A stretch of DNA of 64,000 nucleotides from Eledone cirrhosa (GCA_964016885.1 OZ024758.1:8494001-8558000); one strand, 5' to 3'; numbered from the stretch's first letter, positions 39,415 through 54,007 are shown. The notes: a model not told the origin generated them from the sequence alone. Translations and numbers: made by a program.

Positions 39415-39467
39415 CTATCAAATCATAAAATAAAACAAGAATCCGCGCGTGTATGGTGTATTCATAT

Positions 39468-39804
39468 TGTGGGCGCGTGTATGATGTGTATATATATATA
39501 TATATATATATATGTTTTGGACGCGTGCATGGTGTATATATGTGGTGTGGGCGCGTGCATGGTGTATATATGTGTTGTGTGCGCTTGTATGGTGTATATA
39601 TGTGTTGTGGGCGCGTGTATGGTGTATATATGTGTTGTGGGCGCGTGTATGGTGTATATATGTGTTGTGGGCGCGTGCATGGTGTATATATGTGTTGTGG
39701 GCGCGTGTATGGTGTATATATGTGTTGTGGACGCGTGTATGGTGTATATATGTGTTGTGGACGCGTGTATGGTGTATATATGTGTTGTGGGCGCGTGTAT
39801 GGTG

Positions 39805-39810
<6 letters not shown>
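39468..39810. repeat. 30-bp minisatellite, ~11 copies
   Basis: Unit gtgggcgcgtgtatggtgtatatatgtgtt. Confidence 0.95.
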
Positions 39811-39835
<25 letters not shown>

Positions 39836-39914
39836 CGGTGATGATGATAGTGATGATGATAGTATGTATGTGGTGGTGGTGGTGATGATAGTATATGTGT
39901 GTGGTGGTGGGAGC

Positions 39915-40070
39915 TGTTTTAAAGTGTCTATATTTATCTAAAAACTTCTCATCATAATTCTATTTAAAATTAAAACTGCGAAAATCCCTCCAAATTCTTG
40001 ATTATTTTCAAAATTATTTGAAAATTATAGGCAGTATCTTTCATTCGAAATATGGTAACGAAAGGGTTAA
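39915..40070. mobile_element. Non-autonomous TTAA-flanked (piggyBac-like) element fragment
   Basis: Ends ggtaacgaaagggttaa; inverse end ttaaccctttcgttacc at 42318 and shared interior with 42370-42500; similar end at 42160-42176. Confidence 0.55.
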
Positions 40071-41645
40071 ATAAGAAGCAAACTTAAATATTTGAAAGTA
40101 TTTCTATCATACAACTTGTAGACATATTACTTTTATATTTGATAAAAACGTCTGCCTTCATGGGAAATGTTTAATATTTCAAATAAAAGAAGTATACCGG
40201 TATTTTTCTGATAGAGAGGCTTGACTTTCAGTAATAGCACACGAGTTAGTTCAGTCTAGAGCAATAGTTAACACATTGCAAAACCAAAAATATATTCTTT
40301 GGAATATTGTTTTCTTATATGCGTTGCCAATCCTCTTTTCATCACCAACATTCTGACGAAAGCCAAACGATAGATCAATAAACCCTTCCTCACGGCAACA
40401 CGAAATTTGCATCTTTTACACGGCGAGCAAGTAATGAGTAAAGAAGAAAACATTAGCTCGTATATTCTATTTTGATATATTCCAGAAATTTCTAGAATTT
40501 TGGAGAAAAGATGTGTCTTAATATTATTATCAGATTAATGTCATTATCACATTTAAAACTGCTATCAATTTGAATTCTATAATCACCTTTAAATTAAGTC
40601 ATGGAAGAAGGAAAAAAAAATGTCCAAAATGTTACAAAAATACGAAAATAAAATTCCTGAATACGAAAATAAAATATGGTGGTATGGTAATTAAAGTTAA
40701 ATAAATTATATTCAATTGGTAATCTAAACAAATTTTAATTAATTTTTGTATTTGAAATGATTGAATTTATCATGAGAAAAATAAAATAAAATCATAGCTC
40801 TCCCAATACTTTGACTTGCTATATAGTATGGTTGTGTGAGATTGTGTATAAATTGCATACATGTGCGTACAAGTGTATGTATTCTATGAATTACATATGT
40901 ATAAATGTATGCATACATACATACATACATACATACATACATACATACATACATACATACATACATACATACATACATACATTTACAGTGAGCGTTTGAC
41001 TTTACATACAGCGAAAAGTATTCAATAGTTAAAGTAATATGTGTATATTCCATTGGATGCTGAATATTTTTGAATCATGACAATGGATTTCGCGTTACCG
41101 ATTATTCAAACAATTGAAACAGTGAAGCGGCGTGACACTATATAAACCAAAATATTCGCAAACATATGTAAATAAGATTCATTAATAATGCATCGACATT
41201 TGTTTAGTTGCGGGAAAAACGTTAAAAATACGTAACACATTCAATTGTCATTCGTAGAACTTGTGGTATATTAAAATATAAATGGACGTAAATTTCAATA
41301 TCAATTGTACTGTAAATGACAATTGAATAAATGAATGAGTGAAGCATTGTCTTTTTTGGGGGAGGGAAATACTATATCAAATCTCGATATATTGTTCTCA
41401 AATCATATTTCGATGTGTTTGCAATTAATTTTTCTTATATACTGCTTCCTATTACAGTTGCTTAAATATTCAGTAACGTGAAATTCGGAGTTTCCATTCC
41501 AAAAGCTTCGGTTAATAATTGTTTCTAAAGGTTGTTATATTTTGAAATGATCTAGTGAGTTTTTGGCCAGCCTGTGTGTGTATATATATATATATAATAT
41601 ATTATATTATAATATATTATATTATATTATATTATATTATATTAT

Positions 41646-41768
41646 ATTATAGAAATGATTTCTACAGGAATAGAAATGTTTCATTCGTAAGAAATCACCA
41701 GAAAAGTCTTTCCTGATGATTTCTTACAAATGAAACAATTCTATTTCTGTAGAAATCATTTCTATAAT
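41646..41768. mobile_element. 123-bp palindrome with two opposed decayed hammerhead cores
   Basis: ctgatgatttcttacaaatgaaac on plus and ctggtgatttcttacgaatgaaac on minus; arms attatagaaatgatttctacag. Confidence 0.7.
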
Positions 41769-43049
41769 AAAATAAATATACCTATGCTCTACTAACGTAT
41801 TGAGTACCTTTTTTTGCTATCGGGACCCAACATATTATATATACGTACTTATGTATCATGAATTGAGGAGAGTGAAAGAGATGGAGAGGCTGTAAGAGGA
41901 AAAGGTGGAAGGGAAAGAGCCAAAGAAAAGATGACTGAAAGGAAAGCTCGAATGTAACAAGAGACAAAGGAGATAAAAAAAATGAAGTTCATAAGATAGA
42001 AAAAAGTGTCCCTCTTTAAAGTAAAATCTTCCAGCATAATTTTATATAAAAAACATTTGTTACAAATACTATTTCAATAATGAAATAATCAATCAGTTTA
42101 GTAAATCTCTCTAAAATCTTCATTAATTAATGAAATATGGAGTACTTCGTTAGAAATATGGTAAGGGAAAGGTTAATGTGTCTTTCGTCTTGTATCAAAA
42201 CAATTAAAGACAACTTCTTGGCTGAAACAATCGATTACCTGTGTGATTTGTGCAATTTATCTGCATCTTGTCGTCTTTCCGGGATTGGTAAAATAAATAC
42301 CAATCAAATACTGGGATTTAACCCTTTCGTTACCAAACCACCAGAAACCGCCCCAGGTTCTGTGAAATAAAGCTGTTTGTTTTCAAGTATTTATTTTTAT
42401 CTAAAAACCTCTCATCACAATTCTATGTAAACTTAAAAATGCGATAATTAGTTATATTACTAAATCTCTCCAAATTCTTAATTAGTTTCAAAATAAGAGC
42501 AATTAAGAGAAGTGGTGACAGAGTATGTAAGAGAAAAGGGGAGAGATATGAAAGTAAAGGAGAGAAAGGATGTGAATGATGAGATAGAAGAAAGTTAAAT
42601 GAGAGTGTAAAAGAAGCGTGAGAGAAGATAGACAGAGAGAGAAGTTGGGAGGATAAGAGAGGGAGTGAAATAATAAGTACTGTGATGAAGTATTGATGAG
42701 AGGGAAGGATAAGAAAGCCAAAATATAACTATTTCTAATTTAAGCCCTTTTATCCATTCAAGGTCGATAAAAGAAGTACCAGTCTAATACTGGGGTCAAT
42801 TATTCCTCTGTGTCTCTTCCTCACTTCCATTCTCTTATTCCCTATTCTTCTCTGGAAGAAATCTACTATATTCCGACCTAGAGAGGGATCAGCTCCGCCA
42901 GGTTTATAAATGCCCTAGAAACACCGTATATCAAATACGGTGTCCCCTAGACTTCTTTGGGAGTTATGGGACCATCTAGCCACCCAATTTAGGCACAAGG
43001 TCAGCATTTTCAGTGGAGGGTAAAGACGATTTTCAGTTTTACGGTTTGC

Positions 43050-43470
43050 TTCCTTTCGAACCCTATTTGGGTAATGACCGAATGAATGCGATCACGAATA
43101 CAAGGGGCCGAAATGAAGCTCCCCCGAAGGGCCTTTAGAGTCAGGTTACTTGATAGAATGTATAGCTCGGAGATCAGAGATTCATCGCTCCAAGTAGGGA
43201 CGCTACTTCCCCGAATTGAGAGATCACAGCTCCGATATTACGGCCAAGTAGTTAGAATGACTCGGGAAAGAATCGCTGGACAGATTTTACGGGCAAAACC
43301 AACTGGCAGAAGGCGCAGGTGTAGACTGCGAGCAAGATGCTTGGATAACATCCATGGGCTTGGCTGGTTTCGCTTGGAAATCCAGTCGGATCAATTGGAG
43401 ACGGTTGCTGCTGGAAGGCGTGTTTGAGAACTCTGCTCCCACGCCCCTCCCAAGAATAAGTGAGCGAAGA
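43050..43470 (+). mobile_element. RTE (Rex3-like) LINE 3' fragment
   Basis: MRSRIQGAEMK..RIERSQLRYYGQVVRM..RAKPTGRR.R.RLRAR. Confidence 0.85.
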
Positions 43471-43970
43471 CTATCCTCGCAATATCGTCCCAGTACTGGA
43501 CCAGTACATTATTTTATCAAGGATGAAAGGCAAAGTTGATCTCGGTGGAATTTGAACACAGAATATAAACGGCCGCAACTAAATGCTCCAGAGCACTTGG
43601 TCCGATGCTGCACTGATTCTGCCAATCCACCGCTCTCTTTGAAAGAGAGCGGTGGATTGGCAGAATCATTAGAATCTCCACAAGAAGAGGACAAAGAAGA
43701 AATTAGGCGGGGATGAAAGAAAGAGAGACACAGCTCCAGAGAGGGGGGGGGAAGGAGAGTTAGTTAGAGAGAGGGACGGAGAGAAGGAGGGTAAGTTAGA
43801 GAGAGAAAGAGAGAGAGAGAGAGAGAGTTTAGGAAAAGTAGAGACAAAGAGAGAAAGGAAGAAAAGACTGAGGCGAGAATGAATTAAATGGAAAGAGAGA
43901 AAGAGAAAGAGAGAATATAAATGAAACCGGAAATATGAGACTGAGTAAAAGAGCAGAAACCAAAGTTAAG

Positions 43971-44001
<31 letters not shown>

Positions 44002-44275
44002 CTATTGAGACAACGAGAGAGAGAGAGAGAGCGAGAGAGCTATTGAGACAACGAGAGAGAGAGATAGAGAGAGAGAGAGAACTATTGAGACAACGAGAGA
44101 GAGAGAGAGAGAGAGAGCTATTGAGACAACAAGAGAGAGAGAGAGCTATTGAGACAACGAGAGAGAGCTATTGAGACAACGAGAGAGAGTGAGAGAGAGA
44201 ACTATTGAGACAACGAGAGAGAGAGAGAGAGAGAGAGAACTATTGAGACAACGAGAGAGAGAGAGCTATTGAGAC

Positions 44276-44326
<51 letters not shown>

Positions 44327-44395
44327 TATTGAGACAACGAGAGAGAGAAAGCTATTGAGACAACGAGAGAGAGAGAGAACTACTGAGACAACAAG
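44002..44395. repeat. Array of ~12 ctattgagacaacga motifs with variable (GA)n spacers
   Basis: Direct reading. Confidence 0.95.
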
Positions 44396-44825
44396 AGAAA
44401 GAGAGAAAGAGAGACATAGAGTGAAAGAGAGAGGGAGTGAGAAAGAGAAACAGATAAAAGTAGCGAAAGATAAATAGTATGTTCATGTGAGTGTGTGTAT
44501 GTGGTGAAAGAAATAGCTAGAAAGTGTGCGGAGACCGAGAAAGAAATATTGGAGTTAGTAAATTAGGTGCAGCTTTCTTGTGACAAAAACATCACCATGT
44601 ATAAAACAAGCTAGAAAAATTAATGAAGAAATTGAATTCTCCGAAGCGAAAATATAATTAGTTCAGGTTAATTAGGTAGGGTGAGGGTGGGGAAAAGAAA
44701 TCAAGTTTCATATATAAAACTAAGTTCCATCATTTTCAAAAGTCATTCCCTCACTATATTTATATCTATCTATATATCTACCTGTCACTCTATCTCCCTC
44801 TTTATCTCTCTCTCTCTCTCTCTCG

Positions 44826-44957
<132 letters not shown>

Positions 44958-45281
44958 GACCCCGTGGCTAATAAAGAAATATATCTATCTATCTATCTCT
45001 CCATCTATCTATCTCTCTATCTCTATCTCTCTCTCTCTATCTATCTCTCTATCTGTCCATCTATCTCTCTATCTCTTTATCTGTCTATCTATATATCATC
45101 TTTCTTTCTTTCTCTCTATCTATATTTCTCTCTCTCTATCTCTATATATATCTCTCTCTCTATCTTTCTCTCTCTCTATATTTATCTGCCTATCTTTCTC
45201 TCTCTCTCTCTATCTCTCTCTCTTTCTAGCTGTCTACCTATTTATCTTTCTATCTGTCATCTTTCTCTGTTTCTCTCTCTC

Positions 45282-45325
<44 letters not shown>

Positions 45326-45736
45326 GCACAGCACCCTCCCCCCACCCCTCCCCACCACAATAATTTTTTATTTTTTTTATTTAAGCCTTCCATGACAGAT
45401 GTCTCGGTCGAGCCACATCGATGCCTCCTCCCTCTTTGCTGAGATTTTTACTTCACAACCCTCCTCCTACTCTCCCGCAGTCTCCGCCTACTTTCACTCC
45501 CACTTCCACACAACAGACTAGCTCCATTCACTATTCCTACACCCCCGCCTCTCTCTAAAGGGGAGGAGCCTCTTCCTCCCTTCCCATCTTTCACCTCTGC
45601 TACCTTCATCCCTTAATCCTCTCCCTTTCTTTCTCCTTCGCCATGTATGTATGTGTATGTCTGTAACGTTTGCATTATATATAGATGTGTGTGTATGTCT
45701 GTGTGTGTGTCCGTGTGTGTGTGTGTGTCTGTGTCT

Positions 45737-45768
<32 letters not shown>

Positions 45769-45926
45769 CTGTGTGTGTGTGTGTGTGTGTGTATCTGTGT
45801 GTGTGTCTGTGTGTGCCTGTGTGTGTGTATGTCTGTGTGTGCCTGTGTGTGTATCTGTGTGTGTGTATCTGTGTGTGTGTGTGTCTGTGTTTATTTCTTC
45901 AGTCTACTGTGTTTCCTTTATTTCTG

Positions 45927-45978
<52 letters not shown>

Positions 45979-45987
45979 AAGAAACCA

Positions 45988-46186
45988 TAGGACAATGTTC
46001 AAGACCACGACGGCAGAGCTCAAGCCGTTTCGACGGCTATTTCTGGACGCAGAAATAGCCGTCGAAACGGCTTGAGCTCTGCCGTCGGGGTCTTGAACAT
46101 TTTCCTATTACCCACTCTACTACCCTAAGTATTGAGTACTCCGGTGCGTTATGGTCCACCTGGTTCCTTACCACACTTCCTTCGTT
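45988..46186 (+). mobile_element. Fold-back Penelope-like terminus family, copy 3
   Basis: gacggcagagctcaagccgtttcgacggctatttct / agaaatagccgtcgaaacggcttgagctctgccgtc plus tail to ccttcgttata. Confidence 0.6.
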
Positions 46187-46292
46187 ATATAAAGAAACCA
46201 TCTAGATGTAAAAAGTAAACAGCAATAACAGAGCAAACACAGTACACTGAAGAAATATACACACATCCATATTATACACACATCCACGCACG

Positions 46293-46369
<77 letters not shown>

Positions 46370-46505
46370 AGTTGATCGACTTTCGTTAAATCGGACCGAG
46401 GAAATAATGTTTCCGTTGGTTTTTCCAATTGCTAATACTATCTATCGGTTGCAACTCCAGGTAGAAGGAGCAACGGGAAATGAAGTGTCTTGCCCAAGGA
46501 CACTT

Positions 46506-46555
<50 letters not shown>

Positions 46556-46713
46556 TTATTTATTTTGGTCGGAGTATCGCTATTAGCTTTCTCCGATAAT
46601 GTATTTATATATATGTATATATATATGTATATATATATATGTATGTATATATATATGTATGTATATATGTATATATATAAATGTATGTGTATATGTATAT
46701 ATATAAATGTATG

Positions 46714-46745
<32 letters not shown>

Positions 46746-46782
46746 AAATATATAAATGTATGTATATATATATATATAAATG

Positions 46783-46819
<37 letters not shown>

Positions 46820-46906
46820 CAAATATATAAATGTATGTATATATATAAATGTGTATATATAAATGTGTATATATATATATATATATATCTATATATATAT
46901 ATATAT

Positions 46907-47003
46907 AGGAACAAGTATGACCCCGACGGCAGAGCTCAAGCCGTTTCGACGGCTATTTCTGGACTGTCCAGAAATAGCCGTCGAAACGGCTTGAGCTCTG
47001 CCG
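46907..47003. mobile_element. Fold-back family, copy 4 (no tail)
   Basis: Perfect hairpin around ctggac-t-gtccag. Confidence 0.6.
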
Positions 47004-47144
47004 GCCTTGTCCCTTTCAATTCATATATATATATAGAGAGAGAGAGGGAGTGATATTGGGAGTTAACAGTTGGACTAGTATGACCATATTGAGCTAAGTA
47101 CTCGATACTTGGAAGAGTAGAGTTGGATAACTGAAACTATATGA

Positions 47145-47147
47145 ATT

Positions 47148-47201
<54 letters not shown>

Positions 47202-48080
47202 GCATAATATATATAATATAATAATATCTAATATAATAATATCTAATATAATAATATATATATAATATAATATATATAATATAATATAACATCACGCACT
47301 GGGGTCGATTTAATCGACTTTCCCCTCCCCCCGAATTTCTGGTCTTGTGCCTATATAAGAAACCATTATATATATCTAATATATATTATATATATATTAT
47401 ATATATACATATTATATTATATATATACACATATAATATATATTATATATAACATATATATTATATATTATATGTAATATATATTATATATATATTATAC
47501 ATAATATATATAATATATAATATATATAATGTATATATATAATATATATTAAATATAATGTATATATATAATAAATATTATATATAACATATATTAAATA
47601 TAATATATATATAACATATATTAAATATAATATATATATAATATATATTATATATAATATATATTATATATATTATATATATTATATTTAATATATATTA
47701 TATATATTATATTTAATATATATTATATATAATATATATATTATATATATTATATATATTATATTTAATATATATTATATATAATATATATATTATATAT
47801 ATTATATATATTATATTTAATATATATTATATATAATATATATATTATATATATTATATATATTATATTTAATATATATTATATATAATATATATATTAT
47901 ATATATTATATATATTATATTTAATATATATTATATATAATATATATATTATATATATTATATATATTATATTTAATATATATTATATATAATATATATA
48001 TTATATATATTATATATAATATATATAATATATATTATATATAATATATATTAAATATAATATATATTAAATATAATATA
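47145..48080. repeat. Almost pure A/T tandem tract with an embedded SINE tail (47293-47370)
   Basis: Repeated atatatattatatataatatatatattatatatattatatatattatattta. Confidence 0.9.
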
Positions 48081-48754
48081 TGAGTGCTTTAGAGATGAGG
48101 GCTGGTCTTTGTTCCACTTGGAGTCACTGTCTTGGAGTGTTCTAACATTTCAGGAGCCAAAAGTTTTCTTTTCCTTTTGTTTTGACCACGTATTTGGATA
48201 ACCAGACATTTGCGGTTGTCTGCCAAGTTAAAGCATTGAGTAAGCATTTGTTTAGGGGTTCTTTTATCGCCCCCTCCATATGTAGGGAAAGCAGTGTTAT
48301 GTCTAAAAAGACCTGCTTTGTTACGATCAGAAAACACAAACAGCACAAGTTACTCATATTTTGTTCACGAATGGCCATCACCTGATGATCGCCACAGTGT
48401 AGAGCTCAAGCTAAGGACTTCTAGTAATACCCTTTACTTGTCCCCATCACCTTTGCTCTCTCGCCATTGGGTAGAACTAGAACTGATGAGCTACCCACAC
48501 AAAATAATTGTTTATAGTGTTTTGTAAATAGGTATATACTGTGTGGGTGCGTGTGGGATTGATTGCACGCTTGTCTGTGTACATATAAATATATATGATT
48601 TATTTTTCAAATTAAAAAAAAAAAATTATTTAAAAATTTATAAAAACAACTTGTATTTAAAAATTAAAAAAACCTTAAACAAATTTTTAAAAAATGTTTT
48701 AAACCTTTTAAAACTTTTTTAAAAGCTTTGAAATCTTTACAATTATTATTATTG

Positions 48755-49380
48755 AGCAGCGGGTTCCTCTGTATCAGGTTTTTGTTGATCTGACAAAGGC
48801 CTTTGATACGGTGATCAGAGTTACACTGAGAAAATAGGGTGCCCACCAAAATTTATTGATATGTTCGTCCGACTGCACAGAAATATGAAGGTCCGGGTTG
48901 TCTTGAATGGAGAATTGTCCAATGAAATCCCAGTTGATAATGGCATGAACCAGGGAGATATCTCGGCTCCCACTCTGTTTTCAATATCTTTTGCTGTGAG
49001 ACTGACTCATGTAATCCAGGACTGTGCAAAGGGTGTTGTTCTATTGCAAGTTAGAACTATAGGAAGAATCTTTGACCTAAGAAGGTTTAATTTCAAATCC
49101 AAGGTGTACAAATATTAATTAGAGAACTCCTGTATGCAGACTATGTTGACTTTCTGGTTCACTCTCAACATGACATGCAACACATCATGGATTGTTTTGC
49201 AACTTCTTGTAATGCCTTTGGCATCACAATTAATCTAAAAAAGACCAAAGTAATGTTCACCCATCACCAGGGGAAGCATATATTGAGCCAAATATAATGG
49301 TGCATGGAACTAGGTTGGGTGTAGTTGGCACTTTTGTTTACCTGGGTAGTGCAATACCAAGGGATGGCTCACTGGATGGC
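48755..49380 (+). mobile_element. RTE/BovB-like reverse transcriptase pseudogene fragment
   Basis: FVDLTKAFDTV..IGCPPKFI..NGMNQGDISAPTLFSI..RELLYAD..FGITINLKKTKVM..FVYLGS. Confidence 0.9.
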
Positions 49381-49697
49381 TCAACAGCAACAACAACAGC
49401 AACAGCAACAACAACAGCAACAGCAACAACAACAGCAACAACAACAACAACAACAACAACAACAGCAGAAGCAACAGCAACAACAACTTAAATCTTGTGA
49501 ATAAACCGCTGAACGTTTGCCCTAACAAAAAACGCCCTACAAAACGCCCCCCAAAAGCCTTAACATGTCCGAACGTTTGAATAGCAAATCTCTCTCGTGT
49601 ACACTTCGACATTCTCCGCTGTTGGATCGGAGTCGGAGAGAGAGATAGAGACAGAGAGAGAGAGGGGGGGGAGGGGAGTGAGAGAGAGAGTGTGTGT

Positions 49698-49737
<40 letters not shown>

Positions 49738-50014
49738 TCGTTGAGACGCGGAATGCCGAACTGGGAACGATGTTTCTCCTATCGTGTAATGTGATCCATC
49801 TCGCAATGTAGCGATTAACCTTCCATCATTACATCCAGAAGTAAAACCGCTGTGGGAATTTCGACCAGCAGTCGGCCAGTTTCGTCGATGGGGACTGGAA
49901 GGTCGTCACCTGATAGTCAGAGCTGAGAATCTTTATTGAATAGACACTATATCATTGTCTTACTACGGCTGTAGTGGCGACGGCGGCGGCGGTTGTTGTT
50001 CTTAGTGCTGCTGC

Positions 50015-50045
<31 letters not shown>

Positions 50046-50214
50046 GCTGTTGGTGCTGTTAGTGGTGGTGGCGATGGTGAAAACTTGACTTTTCCGTCAC
50101 GCTATTGGGACCGCGAATTAACATGTACACACACACACACATATATATACACACATACATATATATATATATATACACACATATATATATATACACACAT
50201 ATATATATACACAC

Positions 50215-50245
<31 letters not shown>

Positions 50246-51378
50246 CACATACATATATATATATACATAAACATACATATATAAATATATATACATACAT
50301 ATATAAATATATATATATATACATACATATATAAATATATATATAAACATACATATATGAATATATATATATACATACCTATATATATATATACATACAT
50401 ACCTATATAAATATATATATACATACATATATAAACACACACACACAAACACACACACATACATACATATGAAGTGTGTACATAAGGTATATCTATTTAT
50501 ATAGATTACATGTTCATGTATCTATCTATACATACATGCATACATACATACATACATACATACATACATACATACATACATACATACATACATACATACA
50601 TACATACATACATACATAGGTAAAGTTAGACACATACATCAACATATACATACACTCAGCAGGATTATCTGCCCTTCAGTTCTAGACTCTGGACCACACT
50701 CGCTGGATTTCCTGGCATTTCTCTCTCCTATTTTCGCTCGCTCTTTCCTTCTCTCTCTTTCGCTTCCTGTCTCTCTCTTCCTCTCTCTCTTCCTATCTCT
50801 TACACCCCCCCTCTCTCACCACCTCTCTCCATCTCTCTATTCCTTGTACTCTTTATATGATATATTCTCATATTCTTCCCCTCTCTCTTCCTCTCTTCCT
50901 CTCTCTCCCTCTCTCTCTTCCTATCTCTTATCCCCCCTCTCTCTCACCACCTCTCTATTCCTTTCACTCTCTATATGATATATTCTCATAGTCTCCTCCC
51001 CTCTCTCTCTCTCACTCTCTCCATCTCTCTCTCTCACTCTCTCCATCTCTCTCTGTCTCCCTCTACCTTTCTATTTTGTTAGACACTCTTGTAACAATGA
51101 AAGACGAGCAAAGTTGTAATAAAGAGGAGGGGTGGGGAAGGGGATATTTAGATGGGGGGGGGGGGGGGGGGGCTATGGAGAAATACCCCAAAATTTTCGG
51201 GGGTTACACATAGATTGGAAATATGAGAGGAATACATACACACACACACACACACACATGTATACATATATATATGTATATATATGTATATATATATATA
51301 CTTATGTGTGTATATATATATATATATATATCGAGTGAATCTCCAACCGATAAGGTATGATTTTCATGGGGATGTCTC

Positions 51379-51482
51379 TATTTATAAAACAAACTTTGTA
51401 TTTTATCTGATGAAAGCGCACCGATGTTGTCTTGGTTACCCTTGAAATATATATAATAAAATAAATATGGTTTTATAAATAT
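51379..51482 (+). ncRNA. Type I hammerhead ribozyme motif with extended stem I
   Basis: tattttat/ataaaata plus distal tatttataaaac/gttttataaata, CTGATGA, aag..ctt stem II, GAAA, palindromic TATATA stem III, AUA site. Confidence 0.65.
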
Positions 51483-51505
51483 AGTTTCCATTTATTTAAT
51501 ATCAT

Positions 51506-51553
<48 letters not shown>

Positions 51554-51613
51554 AATATATATATATATATATGTGTGTATGTGTGTGTGTGTATGTGTGT
51601 GTGTATTTCTGAA

Positions 51614-51800
51614 GGCGCGTAGCTGAGTGGTTAGAGAATTGGATTCGTAATTGTGAAGTTGTGAGTTCGATTCCAGCGTCGGGGGATGCGTTATGTCCTT
51701 GGGCAAGGCACTTTATTTCATGTTGCTCCTTCTACCTGGAGTTGCGACCGATAGATAGTATTAGCAATTGGAAAGACCAATTTGGTTTGACGAAAGTCGA
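51614..51800 (+). mobile_element. CORE-like tRNA SINE
   Basis: tagctgagtggtt A-box, gagttcgattcc B-box, tgtccttgggcaaggcacttta block. Confidence 0.85.
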
Positions 51801-51833
51801 TACATATATATAAAAACATACATACATACATAT

Positions 51834-51918
<85 letters not shown>

Positions 51919-51964
51919 TTTGTATATATATATATATATATTTGTATATATATATATATATATT

Positions 51965-52051
<87 letters not shown>

Positions 52052-52128
52052 ATATATATGTATATATATATTTGTATATATATGTATATATATATATTTG
52101 TATATATATGTATATATATATATTTGTA

Positions 52129-52174
<46 letters not shown>

Positions 52175-52447
52175 TATATATTTGAACATAAGTATATATG
52201 AACATATACATATACACTAGCAGATTTATAGATTTATAATTAAGGTAATACGCAAAAGAGACGGTGTTAATTTGAGTGGGTAATAAATGACATAAACATT
52301 ATTAGTGTGACAGAACGAGATGGTGACATGGACATTGGACATTTCTAGAGAGATATATAGATAGAGGTAATTGTGAGAGAGTGAGATAGTTAGAGGGAGA
52401 GAGTGGGAGAGAGAGAGAGAGAATGTGTGTGTGAGAGAGAGAAGGAA

Positions 52448-52483
<36 letters not shown>

Positions 52484-52616
52484 TGGGAGAGAGAGAGCGA
52501 GAGAGAGAGAGAGAGAGAGATATAAATAGAGAGAGAGAGTAGGTGGAACATTGCTGTGCTTCTAATCTGTTGTAGAATTAACTTTGTTGAATAATCAACA
52601 AACCAAATAACTGATT

Positions 52617-52647
<31 letters not shown>

Positions 52648-52651
<4 letters not shown>

Positions 52652-52840
52652 AAAAGGTATGACCCCGACGGCAGAGCTCAAACCTTTTCGACGGCTATTT
52701 CTGGACTGAAATAGCCGTCGAAACGGCTTGAGCTCTGCCGTCGGGGTCATACCTTTTCCTATTACCCACTCTACTACCCTAAATATTGAGTACTCTGGTG
52801 CGTTATGGTCCATCTGGTTCCTTACCACAATTCCTTAGTT
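52648..52840 (+). mobile_element. Fold-back Penelope-like terminus family, copy 5
   Basis: aggaaaaggtatgaccccgacggc...gccgtcggggtcataccttttcct plus tail, flanked by (TA)n. Confidence 0.6.
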
Positions 52841-52876
52841 ATATATATATATATATGTGTGTGTGTGCGTGCGTGC

Positions 52877-52912
<36 letters not shown>

Positions 52913-53375
52913 CGCCGGAGAAGTTCATTCAGTGAGGCAATGTTACGCCTGATTAAGGTGAAACCAACACCTGTTGTGCAGTAGAACTATTTTACAACGA
53001 AGCCAGGTCCCACATCCGTCCGGCAGTCATATGATTTTTTTATAGTTAGAAAAGGCGCCGAACATCTTCGTACTTGTAATTCCTGATTCAGCAAAAGCTC
53101 TGACTTCTTCCTATCATAAATACATTTCACCCTATTCATTACATTGAACAATAAGTAATTACTCTTAGTCTAAGACTATGAACAAAGATTAGAAAACAAA
53201 ACACCATTTAAATAGATTATTTTACTAGAAAGAAAGTAGCGGAATCGAGAAAAGATGGATTTACTACATGGTAGATATAAATATACCATAATTATAATTA
53301 TACATATAGACTCATGTATACCCGCGTGCATGTTGATATGCTTAAAAACGAGTAAATGTTAGATGGTATTCTGTA

Positions 53376-53431
<56 letters not shown>

Positions 53432-53584
53432 GGTGTGTGTGTGTGTGTGTGTGTGTATGGGTATATATATAAAGTAACAACAATTTTTATTTTATGTAAT
53501 ATATATACTGTATGTATAATGAATGAAATATTCAAAAGAAACAAATCAATATATATGTATGTGTGTGTGTGTATGCATGTATAT

Positions 53585-53647
<63 letters not shown>

Positions 53648-54007
53648 AAATGTATACATATATATATATTCTTATATTAGTACGTATTTAAGTGGATGCA
53701 TATATATGCACGAACATGCAATTTTCATTCCATCATATTTATATGTATTGCATATATTATATTTATTTACTTTCATAACGATGATATCTTTTATATGTTT
53801 CGATAAACCCTCCTCAGATATCCTTTCGTCTATGATGAACAGCTTGTCGATGGCATGTTATCGCTGGAAACATGTTAATGCCGCTACACAATTTAATACA
53901 CACATATTTGTTTTCAGCCAGATTGTTTGACGCTTTCGGACTCGTCACTTGATGGCCGAACGTGTAATGTTACCTCGTACATTGTAATGGTGGATAGAAG
54001 ATGGCGT

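Noticed and set aside
44002-44395. CRISPR-like repeat-spacer appearance
   Set aside because: Spacers are pure (GA)n of irregular length, there are no cas genes, and the context is eukaryotic
48085-48490. Overlapping 67-85 aa ORFs in unique-looking DNA
   Set aside because: No motif or convincing splice sites; probably a decayed TE
51614-51690. tRNA gene
   Set aside because: A/B boxes run directly into a SINE body present in several copies; no clean cloverleaf
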